DNA of 63,886 nucleotides, the filler included, from Octopus bimaculoides (taxonomy: Eukaryota), in the NCBI RefSeq assembly GCF_001194135.2. It is 6 parts of 5 records of this genome, joined end to end, with 100 filler letters (N's around TTAATTAATTAA, not from the genome) between each part and the next. Parts side by side here need not be neighbours in the genome. Positions count along the whole stretch, not along the records: positions 31,694 to 45,056 come from NC_068983.1; positions 45,157 to 56,393 come from NC_068987.1; 4 more parts are not named here. One strand, 5' to 3'. The notes beneath the pieces are model-generated. The model was not told the DNA's origin. It worked only from the letters and a program-made list of their open reading frames with translations, and ran no database searches. Below, one piece after another: positions 34,989-47,790 of the stretch; position 1 is the first letter of the stretch; each line of letters starts with the position of its first letter. The position numbers were made by a program, and so were the translations under genes.

Positions 34989-35265
34989 CCTCAGCTCTTC
35001 AATGCCCTGCCAAAACATTTGAGAGACCTGCAAGACACGGATGTGGAGGTTTTCAAGACAAAACTCGACGCTTTCCTGTTCACGATACCAGACGAACCAA
35101 TGGCTCGAAATGAGACACAGTTTAGGGCAGCGATGTCAAATTCTCTTATACACCAGATGTGCCATCAAAGCTCTTGATTGGACCATATCAGGTGCAGGAG
35201 AAGAGCCATGCAAGGAACGTGAAGAGAGCAAAGCATAAAGACAGAAAATCACGGTGGTGCTCCAG
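34989..35265 (+). mobile_element. CR1/L2-group LINE 3' end (ORF C-terminus plus 3' UTR), cut by a gap
   Basis: QLFNALPKHLRDLQDTDVEVFKTKLDAFLFTIPDEP...RAAMSNSLIHQ* matches the typical LFNxLP...FKxxLDxxL terminus. Confidence 0.8.
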
Positions 35266-36324
35266 NNNNNNNNNNNNNNNNNNNNNNNNNNNNNNNNNNN
35301 NNNNNNNNNNNNNNNNNNNNNNNNNNNNNNNNNNNNNNNNNNNNNNNNNNNNNNNNNNNNNNNNNNNNNNNNNNNNNNNNNNNNNNNNNNNNNNNNNNNN
35401 NNNNAACCCATAAATAAAAATAAATAAATAAAAATACATACATACATACATACATACATACATACATACATACACACATACGTACGTACGTATGTATGTA
35501 TGTATTTGTGTATGTATGTATGTCCTATGTGTACGTTTTGTAGTATTTAATGTATTTTTTTTTTATGAAGTAACTGAATGCCACGCATCCTGACTTTTGT
35601 TAACAGTAAGTTTTTATATATCTTTTTGCGACTCTATCTTCTTTCTTTCTCTCTCGTCCTCATATTCCTTTTCTAGCATCCCAACTTACTCTCTCCTTCT
35701 CTTTCGTCTTCTGACTCGTAATTGTAGACTTCCTTCCTTCCTTCCTTGTTCTGTCTGCCACGCTCTTTCCCCCCCTCTCTCTCATCCTCCTTCCCTTCTA
35801 TCTATTGCCCAGATGTGACTCGTAACTAATTTTTTCGTCTCTCTACCTTTTCGCCATCGGACGCTTAGCTTGCAGGTCAACATTTATCTTCTGCCTTGCT
35901 ATTTCTCTTTCTATATCCATTCAGGATTTCTTCTAGGCGTTACCCATCAATCCCGTGTTTGGCCGAAAGGCCGTATTTATTCCTTCTTCGTCTATCGTTT
36001 TAAATTACATTTGTTTACTTTCGTACGTCCACCCTGCAATGTTTTGTTTGCTCGAGCCCTAATTCTCCACAAATTTTGCGGGTGCCGCTGATATACGAAG
36101 ATTTCAGTCTTATCTTTAAAGGCATGAACCTGAGTATTGGTATTTTGGTCGATAATTGATGAAGAATTAAGGTCCTTCTGTGTTTGTCCTACGTGTACGT
36201 TTTGAAGTATTTAATGCATCTTTTCTTTATATGTATGTATATATTTCACTGGAAAAATTTCACTGGAAAAAGATATATAAGTTTTGCCAGGAATTAGCTT
36301 TCTCATCGTAGATCGGTGGCTATC

Positions 36325-36367
36325 GGGCGCTGACGAAGGGAAATAACCCTAAAACTCGAGTCCGTTC
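36325..36367 (+). ncRNA. Minimal type-I hammerhead motif, family 3, with G12 changed to A
   Basis: GGGCG-CUGACGA-AGGG(AAAUAA)CCCU-AAA-ACUCGAGU-C-CGUUC. 8-nt palindromic stem III and a GUC triplet. Confidence 0.7.
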
Positions 36368-36582
36368 GTGCAACAGATCACGATGAGAGGGATAACTTCC
36401 CTTGGCGAAACAAAAACAGACAGGACACAGAAGTGTGTCGATAAGCCAGCTGGAGGAGATGTCCTCCTGGGGCTAAAAGCAACAGTAACATCCACCCCTA
36501 GGGGTCAGCCACATTTAAGTGGCAATATACTTCACTTTATCGTGCAGTTACTGTTAATACCTCGTTTAGAGAATTAACATTG

Positions 36583-36614
<32 letters not shown>

Positions 36615-36856
36615 NNNNNNNNNNNNNNNNNNNNNNNNNNNNNNNNNNNNNNNNNNNNNNNNNNNNNNNNNNNNNNNNNNNNNNNNNNNNNNNNNNNNNN
36701 NNNNNNNNNNNNNNNNNNNNNNNNNNNNNNNNNNNNNNNNNNNNNNNNNNNNNNNNNNNNNNNNNNNNNNNNNNNNNNNNNNNNNNNNNNNNNNNNNNNN
36801 NNNNNNNNNNNNNAGTTCTTGAAACTTGGTTATTTTCCCTAAAACTATATATATGC

Positions 36857-36887
<31 letters not shown>

Positions 36888-36927
36888 TGTATATGCATAT
36901 ATATATATGTATATATATACATGTATA

Positions 36928-36965
<38 letters not shown>

Positions 36966-37146
36966 TACTGCTAGCAAAAGTCGGGATGTGTGGCGTTTAG
37001 TTACTCTATAAATAAAAAATGCATTAAATACTTCAAAACGTACACGTAGGACAAGAACAGAAGGACCCTAATTGTTCATCAATTATCGACCAAAATACTA
37101 ACACTCAGTTTCATGCCTCCAACGATAAGACTCAGATATGTATATA

Positions 37147-37208
<62 letters not shown>

Positions 37209-37425
37209 AGGGGCTTCTTTCTGTTTCCGTCTACCAAGTTCACTCAAGGCTTTGGTCGGCCAGTTGTTATAGTAGAAGACATTTGCAACTCAGTGGGACT
37301 GGATCCAGAACCATATGGTTGGGAAGCAAGCTTCTTACTACATAGCCACGTAACTGAATTTTACATACAGGTATGTATGCAATCATGCATTCATGAATGA
37401 TTAGTTGGATGCGTCTTCTCTCTCA

Positions 37426-37508
<83 letters not shown>

Positions 37509-39275
37509 GCACGCGCGTGCACACACAAATTTGTGCAACTCATTGCATGTGTATTTATGTATGTATTGACGTATGGATATGTTTATAAGACTTTCTGAAT
37601 GGCACACCTAACGAATTATTTCCTCGAATTCTTTTAGTAGCGCGGTCCGCCTGATGATGACTCATGTCTCATACGGCCGCTTCTCGGGGAAAAGGTTGTT
37701 CATGCTTTAGATTCAAAATATCATAAAGAATCCAATCAGTGAAATACAGTTTATGCAGTGAGGAAGAGAAGCATTATGTTTAGGTTAGCTCCCTTTGCTA
37801 GAGAGAGAGAGAGAAGGAAAGAGTGAGAGAGAGGGGGAGAGAAGGGGAGAGAGAGAGAGATAGAATGACAAATAGACAGACAGGGAGGAAAACGTCAATT
37901 TGTTTTCAAGAATATATAAATTGAGATTAGTCAGAGATAGGGAGATGGGGTTAAGTAAACAAGGTTGAGGGACAAGTAACAGGTGTTATTGAAGAGGGTC
38001 AAGGGTACGAACAAGAAGAAAATGTAAGAATAAAAGGGATGCCGGCAGGTTTGCGAAAGACTTTGAAGGGATGAGCATGACGGAAGGACACGGAAACGTA
38101 CACAAGTACACACACACATACCGAGACACATATAGATATTCAAAAGATCAGAAACTGAATTTCTCTGAAATCCAACTGAAAATGTTGTACTAACAAGTGT
38201 TAATACTCATTCTATATGTAAAAAATTCATTCAGGAAATTTGTGTATATGAAGATTAAATAAAATACACTGGTCAGCTAGACACATTGCAATACAGTGAG
38301 AAGTCTACCCCTATTCAACTTGGTCGTCAGCCGGTCCTCCAGCCATGCGATGATCATCATGATGGACATAATGAATCTTCAGAGGAGAAGTGAGTTAGAT
38401 ATGAACTCGTATATGTCTGCCACATCTTAGCTGAAGTCTATATAACATGGATTCGTTGCCACCGGTGTTCGTTCGTCGTCAGTGATATAAAATTTAGTCT
38501 TAGGGACAACTTCAAACGTGTTGTTTGAGATGAAGGAATAAGCGTAACGTACAAAGTGGGACAATTTAAAGGTAACAAGTTGAGTGTTACAGAAGGAAAA
38601 TGAGCTTCTAAGAGATCTCGCAATTTGTTTTCTTTTTCAAAGAGAGGAGGGAGAATTTGGCTGTTCCTTGATGAACTAAGAAACAAGTATTAGGTCGTAC
38701 AAAATGGTACCCTGTCTTCGGTTGTGTGCATTTGAGATAAAAGTACATAGATTTTTTCAATGCTCTGGGTACATTGGAGTTACGATCCTGGTTAGCCGCG
38801 TGCGGTTGGAATACCGATACTGGTTAACCTTGAGCGAGGTAGAAATGGCGCATTTGATCGGGTTTGATGAGAAAACCGGAGACTTTATATCAAGTAAAAA
38901 CCTGAGTTTCTGCACCGTCGTAGGAGTCGCAAAAAATTGGAAGACTGGGATGCAATGGCCGTGGCATTAGCAAAATTATAGACCTCAAATACGGTTCACG
39001 AAGATATGAAACTTTAGCATCGGGAAACTATAAAATACAATACAAATCTATTTTTAAAAATGTAAAATAAAAACTACTTACATGTATTAAGATGTTTTCA
39101 TTACTGGTGTACACCTGAAGTAATTATCATTGTACACCTGCTTTCAAAATATACAGGCTATTTCAATTTTAGGTTCTTTTGTTGAATACATACATTCATG
39201 TATGTGTTTTGTTGAGTACATACACACACGCATTCATATAGCCACGCGTACAAACATATATCAATATATGTGTGA

Positions 39276-39307
<32 letters not shown>

Positions 39308-39612
39308 NNNNNNNNNNNNNNNNNNNNNNNNNNNNNNNNNNNNNNNNNNNNNNNNNNNNNNNNNNNNNNNNNNNNNNNNNNNNNNNNNNNNNNNNNNNNN
39401 NNNNNNNNNNNNNNNNNNNNNNNNNNNNNNNNNNNNNNNNNNNNNNNNNNNNNNNNNNNNNNNNNNNNNNNNNNNNNNNNNNNNNATATATATACATATA
39501 TACATATACATACCCAAGAGGCTATAAAAGAGGACACTTAAAATGTTTTGTATCGAAATTCAAGCGTTAGGTCGTAGAAAATGTACTCTGTCTTTGGTTG
39601 TGTGCATCTGAC

Positions 39613-39660
<48 letters not shown>

Positions 39661-41950
39661 CCTATCTGTGTGTGTATGTGTGTATGTATTCATTTACGAA
39701 TTAGAAACAACGCTAGTATTGTAAACATTAAAGAGCGCACATACTTAATGTATGTGTTTTGTTTATTCACCAGTCCACTGCGATTTAGCGAGATGGGAAT
39801 GACTCTCTCAAAGCACTGTGTGTTAAAACACCTGAAAGTCATAAACAGGCGAGACTAGTCGCCCCTGATCCCAGGAGTGATAGATACCTATATATAACAA
39901 AAATATGTTTACTATGAACTTCCGGTTACGCATGCCCAATGATACACAGTGACCAGCCGGAGTTAGGTGCACCATACCCGAATTCGTTTCCTCATAACTT
40001 TCAGAAAAATGGATTTTTTTAATGAAATTTTCTACAGATATGCTGGTGAAAATTCCGATTATATATCATAATTTGTTTCGAAATAAATTTTTCAAAAAAA
40101 AGAAAAAAACTGTGACGTCAATATGTATGTGTGCTATCTCTCCAACTTTTATTTCCATATTAAATTCCGATGTAATCGTAATCTAGATACTCTCAAATGT
40201 ATTTATTCAGAAAGTTATGAGGAAACAAAGCCAACGCGTGAATTTTCTGAAACTCATCTTTCCACTCTCACGACTACATCTTTTTTCCACAATGAATTCA
40301 CATACACGCCATCTATAGCATATTTGCAGAAAATTTCAATACAAAATATACATTTTTTTTCTGAAAATTATAAAGAAATAAAGTCGATGGGAGACATTTG
40401 TGTATGTATGCCTATTGCTTTAACATAAATAACAGTAACATTACATTGTTATTAAATATCTACGTATCAAATTGCTTCGTTTCACTTTCAAATTGTATGC
40501 AACAAGATTTAGTAACATAATTGCATGCTATACATAAACAAAACCTACTCTTCTTCCGTTCGGTTTGCATGAAAAGGGTGACAATAATGTGAATGAGATG
40601 GGCTCAAATTTCACATGTAAATATATATACATACAACAATGCATATATATNNNNNNNNNNNNNNNNNNNNNNNNNNNNNNNNNNNNNNNNNNNNNNNNNN
40701 NNNNNNNNNNNNNNNNNNNNNNNNNNNNNNNNNNNNNNNNNNNNNNNNNNNNNNNNNNNNNNNNNNNNNNNNNNNNNNNNNNNNNNNNNNNNNNNNNNNN
40801 NNNNNNNNNNNNNNNNNNNNNNNNNNNNNNNNNNNNNNNNNNNNNNNNNNNNNNNNNNNNNNNNNNNNNNNNNNNNNNNNNNNNNNNNNNNNNNNNNNNN
40901 NNNNNNNNNNNNNNNNNNNNNNNNNNNNNNNNNNNNNNNNNNNNNNNNNNNNNNNNNNNNNNNNNNNNNNNNNNNNNNNNNNNNNNNNNNNNNNNNNNNN
41001 NNNNNNNNNNNNNNNNNNNNNNNNNNNNNNNNNNNNNNNNNNNNNNNNNNNNNNNNNNNNNNNNNNNNNNNNNNNNNNNNNNNNNNNNNNNNNNNNNNNN
41101 NNNNNNNNNNNNNNNNNNNNNNGGATATATACCTTCGCTCACACAACGAAGTTTACTATAGAGGAAATATGAATGACAGCCATAGAAATTTTGTTTATGC
41201 TGATTATTTCAAATACATTGTTCAGATTATTTGTTAGGGTTGCACCGGGATAGTTTCTATGACATTAAAACTGCATATTTATGTGTGCGCAGGCGCATAC
41301 AATCATGCATACATACATTCCCACTCCGTCTACGTACACATGCCAACACACACACACACACACATCCACACCCGCCGTTTCACACGCCCTTCAGACTACC
41401 TCTCAAACCCCCTTCAAACTGTCCCGACTCTCTACTGACTATCCTATCTACGCACTCGTGCAAAAGCACACACACACATACACACACTGCCATAACCATC
41501 CATACGAACACCTGTCACCATAGCTGCTGATCTCTTACAATGACGTTAACAGACACACGCAGACCATTCACACAAACACACACACGTAAACAGTAAATAC
41601 CACACAGACACACCCACACGCGCTCACCCTCCCACAGACACAAAGTTACCACGACACGCACACACGCTACCACGCACACATACACACAGTTATTGCCCTC
41701 CCCCACACAGTATAACACACACACATGCCACCACTATCACACGTATACACGCAACCATGTACACACACACCCACCCACACACTCACACACCCACACATAC
41801 ACACAGATACCATCCTTTCTCCACACTCTCCTGTCTCAGAAAGCACTTTCTTTTTGTCCATCTACTTCCGGTCATTTCAAAAATGTAACTACACGTAAAC
41901 TGTTGGCGATTTTTTCCTCCTTCCTTTTCTTTTGGACTTTCCCATCTCTC

Positions 41951-41990
41951 TTGTTTCCGAAGAAAGAGCTTAGCTCGAAACGTAAAACAA
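41951..41990 (+). ncRNA. Minimal type-I hammerhead motif, family 2, U4C core variant
   Basis: UUGUUU-CCGAAGA-AA-GAGC(UUA)GCUC-GAA-ACGU-A-AAACAA. Perfect 6-bp stem I, 4-bp stem II and a GUA triplet. Confidence 0.7.
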
Positions 41991-42845
41991 CCACTTTTTC
42001 TTTTCTTCTCTAAGCGTCTCATTAATACTTTGCTTGTACTACGTCCCTGCGTTGTTGTTTTTATTTTGTTGCCTTCTTCTTCACCGCTTTAAAAAAGATT
42101 ATACACACACACACATATATATGTATATATATATATATATNNNNNNNNNNNNNNNNNNNNNNNNNNNNNNNNNNNNNNNNNNNNNNNNNNNNNNNNNNNN
42201 NNNNNNNNNNNNNNNNNNNNNNNNNNNNNNNNNNNNNNNNNNNNNNNNNNNNNNNNNNNNNNNNNNNNNNNNNNNNNNNNNNNNNNNNNNNNNNNNNNNN
42301 NNNNNNNNNNNNNNNNNNNNNNNNNNNNNNNNNNNNNNNNNNNNNNNNNNNNNNNNNNNNNNNNNNNNNNNNNNNNNNNNNNNNNNNNNNNNNNNNNNNN
42401 NNNNNNNNNNNNNNNNNNNNNNNNNNNNNNNNNNNNNNNNNNNNNNNNNNNNNNNNNNNNNNNNNNNNNNNNNNNNNNNNNNNNNNNNNNNNNNNNNNNN
42501 NNNNNNNNNNNNNNNNNNNNNNNNNNNNNNNNNNNNNNNNNNNNNNNNNNNNNNNNNNNNNNNNNNNNNNNNNNNNNNNNNNNNNNNNNNNNNNNNNNNN
42601 NNNNNNNNNNNNNNNNNNNNNNNNNNNNNNNNNNNNNNNNNNNNNNNNNNNNNNNNNNNNNNNNNNNNNNNNNNNNNNNNNNNNNNNNNNNNNNNNNNNN
42701 NNNNNNNNNNNNNNNNNNNNNNNNNNNNNNNNNNNNNNNNNNNNNNNNNNNNNNNNNNNNNNNNNNNNNNNNNNNNNNNNNNNNNNNNNNNNNNNNNNNN
42801 NNNNNNNNNNNNNNNNNNNNNNNNNNNNNNNNNNNNNNNNNNNNN

Positions 42846-42877
<32 letters not shown>

Positions 42878-44114
42878 GAGAGGTATTGATATCCAGAAGA
42901 CCCAAGGTGGTTGGTAAGGCTATGTAAGTACTACGGGAGGATCGTGGTTAGGCTCTCGGTTCGATATTAATACGAATGAGGAGTCTCAGGCGGGTCTTGT
43001 GTAGGCATGTACATGTTAAATAAAATGAGACAACGAAACCGAGGCGGCATGGAATTTATAGGACATTTTTAAAGAGAAAAGTTTCTTTTCTACCCATTCT
43101 ACACAGCACTTTCCTTGGATAATGGAACTGCAACTGTAACATCCTACATATATTTTTACTTTTATTTCTATTTTCTTGTTTCCCTTTATACTTCCTATAA
43201 CCATTCTTTTCCAAAAGAACTCCTTATATCAGACACTATTATTTCCCTCTCTTATCGTCTACAGAAACAGCTGTAAGACTACCTTTCTCTTTATAAATGT
43301 CCCATAAATTCCATACAGCCTTGGTTTTGTTGTCTCATTTTATTTAACATTTCTTTCAATATAGGTGCTTCAGCACTCACAATCACAGTTAATGACGATT
43401 AAAGTTACCTTTTTAGTTGTACACTGTGCCTAACTGTTCATATATATATATATATATTCGTTTATATTTATATAAAGGGCATTATTACAGAAAAATAATA
43501 ACGCCACACAATGGACTTCTCAAAATAACCACATTTAGTACAGTAAATTTCCCTTATGAATTTATTTACACACTGGCTTCTTGATAAAATTCTTGTAAAA
43601 GAGTTTTATCCTTTTTTGAATTTACTTATCGTATATATATATATATAGAGAGAGATAAAATATTATTATAAAATCTGGTAATTAATCATATATTAATTAA
43701 TATCGATTAATTATCAGGAGGCCAGCACATCTTAAGAATCAAAGAGATTCAGAAATAGTATCTGCAATCTCAGGGGATTAAGGTACATTTTTAAAAAATA
43801 GCGTTGACCACTAACGTGGACAATTAATGTGCTAGAAATAGATCACATCTTGTGTCTATTAAGACCTAAATTGTTCTCAACATGAAATATAGCAGCATAA
43901 CCCTAACCCTAACCCTAACCCTAACCCTAACCCGCTCACGTTTTGGTATGCTGCTATATTTCATGTTGAGAACAATTTAGGTCTTATNNNNNNNNNNAAA
44001 TCTGGTAATTAATCATATATTAATTAATATCGATTAATTATCAGGAGGCCAGCACATCTTAAGAATCAAAGAGATTCAGAAATAGTATCTGCAATCTCAG
44101 GGGATTAAGGTACA

Positions 44115-44386
44115 TTTTTAAAAAATAGCGTTGACCACTAACGTGGACAATTAATGTGCTAGAAATAGATCACATCTTGTGTCTATTAAGACCTAAATTG
44201 TTCTCAACATGAAATATAGCAGCATAACCCTAACCCTAACCCTAACCCTAACCCTAACCCGCTCACGTTTTGGTATGCTGCTATATTTCATGTTGAGAAC
44301 AATTTAGGTCTTATTAGACACAAGATGTGATCTATTTCTAGCACATTAATTGTCCACGTTAGTGGTCGACGTTATTTTTTAAAAAA
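44115..44386. mobile_element. Fold-back element with ~110-bp arms and a (TAACCC)n loop
   Basis: ...gaccactaacgtggacaattaatgtgctagaaatagatcac...gcagcata, then (accctaa)5, then tatgctgc...gtgatctatttctagcacattaattgtccacgttagtggtc. A duplicate reading lies at ~43790-43987 before a 10-N gap. Confidence 0.85.
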
Positions 44387-44940
44387 TATATAGATAGATA
44401 GATGTGTGTGTGTGTGTGTGTGTGTATATGCGTGTGTGAAAACTAAATTCGGATTTTGGTTAAAATCTGAGATTATTGATTATTGTTATATTATTATATT
44501 TTTTTAAGTAGAAAAATAAGTTGGCATAAGAAGAAAGCAAACTGAGAGACCAAACCGAATGCCGGAAATTTTCTAAATAACCAAATATGTATGTTTAAGA
44601 TGAAAGAGAAACAATGCACACTTTTTCTAGTGCGTAAAATATGAAATTTATTCCTTCGAAAACTCAGTTGCTTATCATTCCTTTATTCACGGTTGGTAAA
44701 CTTGTTCATCCATATTTTCATTCACTAAATTATATACATATTCTTTCATTTGTTTCAGTCGTTTGACTGCGGCCATGCTGGAGCACAGCCTTTAGTCAAA
44801 GAAATCGTACCCAGGACTTATTCTTTGTAAGCCTAGTACTATTGTGTCGGTGACTTTTGCCGAATCGCTAAGTTACGGGGACGTAAGCACACCAACATCG
44901 GTTGTCAAGTGATGGAGGGGGTAAAAACACGGACACACAA

Positions 44941-45002
<62 letters not shown>

Positions 45003-47159
45003 GATGGGCTTCTTTCAGTTTCCGTCAACCAAATCCACTCATAAGTCTTTGGTCTGNNNNNNNNNNNNNNNNNNNNNNNNNNNNNNNNNNNNNNNNNNNN
45101 TTAATTAATTAANNNNNNNNNNNNNNNNNNNNNNNNNNNNNNNNNNNNNNNNNNNNGTGAATGTATATTGAATAAACTTTTTATATTGTGATGTTCGTTT
45201 TGCTGGTATTTCTACCATACCAGTACGTAATACATACTACGTTTTTGGACAAATTAAACTACTTTTTATACACGATTTTTGTATGCCCAGCAATACATAT
45301 GTAACAATTCTATATTCAATATACAGTTTCTATTTGTCTGCCTGCACTTTCTGAGTTCAAATTCCGCCGAGGTCGACTTTGCCTTTCATCCTTTAGGGGT
45401 CGATAAATTAAGTACCAGTTGCGTACTGGGGTCGATCTAATCGACTGGCCCTCTCCCCAAGAATTTCGGGCTTTGTGCTTAGAGTAGAAAAGAATATACA
45501 GGTCCTATAAAGGCGGTGAGCAGGCAGAATCATTTGCGCGTCGGACAAAATACTTAGCAACATTTCGTTTGTCTTTATGTTCTGAGTTCAAATTACGCCG
45601 AAGCCGATTTTGCCTTCCATCCTTTCGTAGTAAATAAAATAGGTACCACTTGAGCACTGGGGTGTAAGTAAGCGACTTATCCTCTCCCGCGAACGTGCTG
45701 TCCTTATACCAAAATTTTAGACTAAGATACAGGCTGTCGAAGCATTTATTAAAAATTATTTTCAACATATTTCTTTTAAAATGCCCCATCTTTGACAGTA
45801 CGGGTATACTAGTTTCTGTACAAGATATACCATACACACGCATGTATAGTAAAAATCCATATATTATATATGAATTTTATATATGTTACTTATACAAATA
45901 TACTCCTTATATTATACACACATACACGCACACGCACGCACACACACACACACACACACACACATTCTTACAAACATACATGTGCATCTGTGCGTGTGAG
46001 TGCAGCTACTGCACCAAAGGATGTTTTCATGTGCGTCGCTAAATATGACGCTATTCTTCCTTCTATATACAAAGTTGCTTTCAGCCATACTTGTGTTACA
46101 TTTGGTTTTCATTATTTCCATGCATTCATCTAGGCAAGAGTGTGCATACATATGTGCAGCTTTCAAATTATTAGTTTGTATTTCGACACATGTACAAAAA
46201 TAATAACGGATAAATCGCTTTCTTCGCTATACAAGCAATTAATAAGACAAACTTACGCCACAATAAAGAAGCATTCAAGTGTAATTTTAATTATTGCATA
46301 AAGTTCCTTATTAAACGTACGTGATTGGGGTCTCTAAAACTTTAGACATTCTCGAAACAAGCTTCAACCTTTTTTTTCATTACGATGCAACAATTGTATA
46401 GAAATTTCTGATTATATTTGATTGTTTTCATAGAAGCAACTATTGAATTTGTCAAGGATCTAATCTAGTCAAATCTGTTAGTGGTACAAGAAATTATGCA
46501 TAAGGTGTTCTTAGCAATTCGTACCTTTCCGTTCAAGGTTCTAGGTCACATGTCTTAACTGTTTAAAACAGTTAAGATGAGTGACTGCAATAAACTGAGA
46601 TTTTCTTTCTAACTTGTATAATATCATTTTGTCTTCATAACAATGATGTATTTTGCTCACTCATAACTAACAGGGAACCCCTTTTGTCATCATGGAGGCG
46701 AAAATATAGATGATTATCTGATTAAGTGTTAACATAATATGCTCAGTAAATACGCAGAAATCAAAAGAAAGGCTGATATTAATGCTGCAAACGTATCGGA
46801 TTGGTCGAACAAAGTAAAAAGCATTTTAAACTTGAACCAATGACAGCAACGGCATCACTTGCAAGTTTTCAATGACAACTGTTATGTTTTGCTTTTGTTT
46901 CACGTAGCTAGAAAACCAGGGTTTGTCGTTTTTAAGCTAACTCAAACTTGAAGAGTTTAATTCCTATACGAATATGTACATAGTTACGTTTTATCTTTTA
47001 TTTTTGACTTGTTTCAATGGTGGAGTATTACCTTAAAGGATTTAGTCAAAGAAATCGACGCAAGTACTTATTTTTGAAGTCTATCATTCACTTATGTCAC
47101 CAACAAACCAACACCTTTTGTCAAACTGCTGTAGGAGATAAACACAGAGAAATGCTGCA

Positions 47160-47211
<52 letters not shown>

Positions 47212-47248
47212 ACACGTATACATGTACGTATGTATGTATGTATGTATG

Positions 47249-47318
<70 letters not shown>

Positions 47319-47320
47319 CA

Positions 47321-47790
47321 CAGTAGCTGAAATACCCAGCGTTGCCCAAGCTGAAGACTAAAGCAATGAACAGTAATATCGCAAAGCAACTTATTTAAGT
47401 TGCAGTACAGCTTTTGAAAACACTCTGAGCAAAATTTCGGACTAAGAACACTTTGTGGATTGTTTTTTAGCTTTGTTTTTCTGAATATATTTTCGTCAAA
47501 GTTTTAGATATATGTAATTTCAAGACTAAAAAGAAAAAAAAAATGTACACGAATTTAAATGTTTTCAATTCCCCAATTTCTGTTTAAATGTAATGTTTAC
47601 ACGAATCCACAATTTGCTAGTTTTGCAATCTGTGTGGAAGTTGTTAGCGACAGTGAAGGAGGATGGAATGTAAATTCTGTCTATTGCTTCTAAGAAATAT
47701 CAGACTATATTTTGTCTAGCATCTCCATTTGGAGAGAATTTGTTTTAAACAATTTCTTGAAATTATCCCCACTTAAATTTGAAGCCACGC
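47321..47790. mobile_element. Possible Helitron/Helentron-type non-autonomous relic
   Basis: Only the start, tagctgaaatacccagcgttgccc after a (CTAT)n run, resembles such termini. Confidence 0.25.

Noticed and set aside
37645-37690. CTGATGA motif as another hammerhead
   Set aside because: No downstream stem II plus GAAA could be formed.
43668-44313. Apparent ~320-bp tandem duplication including the telomeric hairpin
   Set aside because: The two copies are identical and separated by a 10-N gap, typical of unmerged overlapping contig ends.
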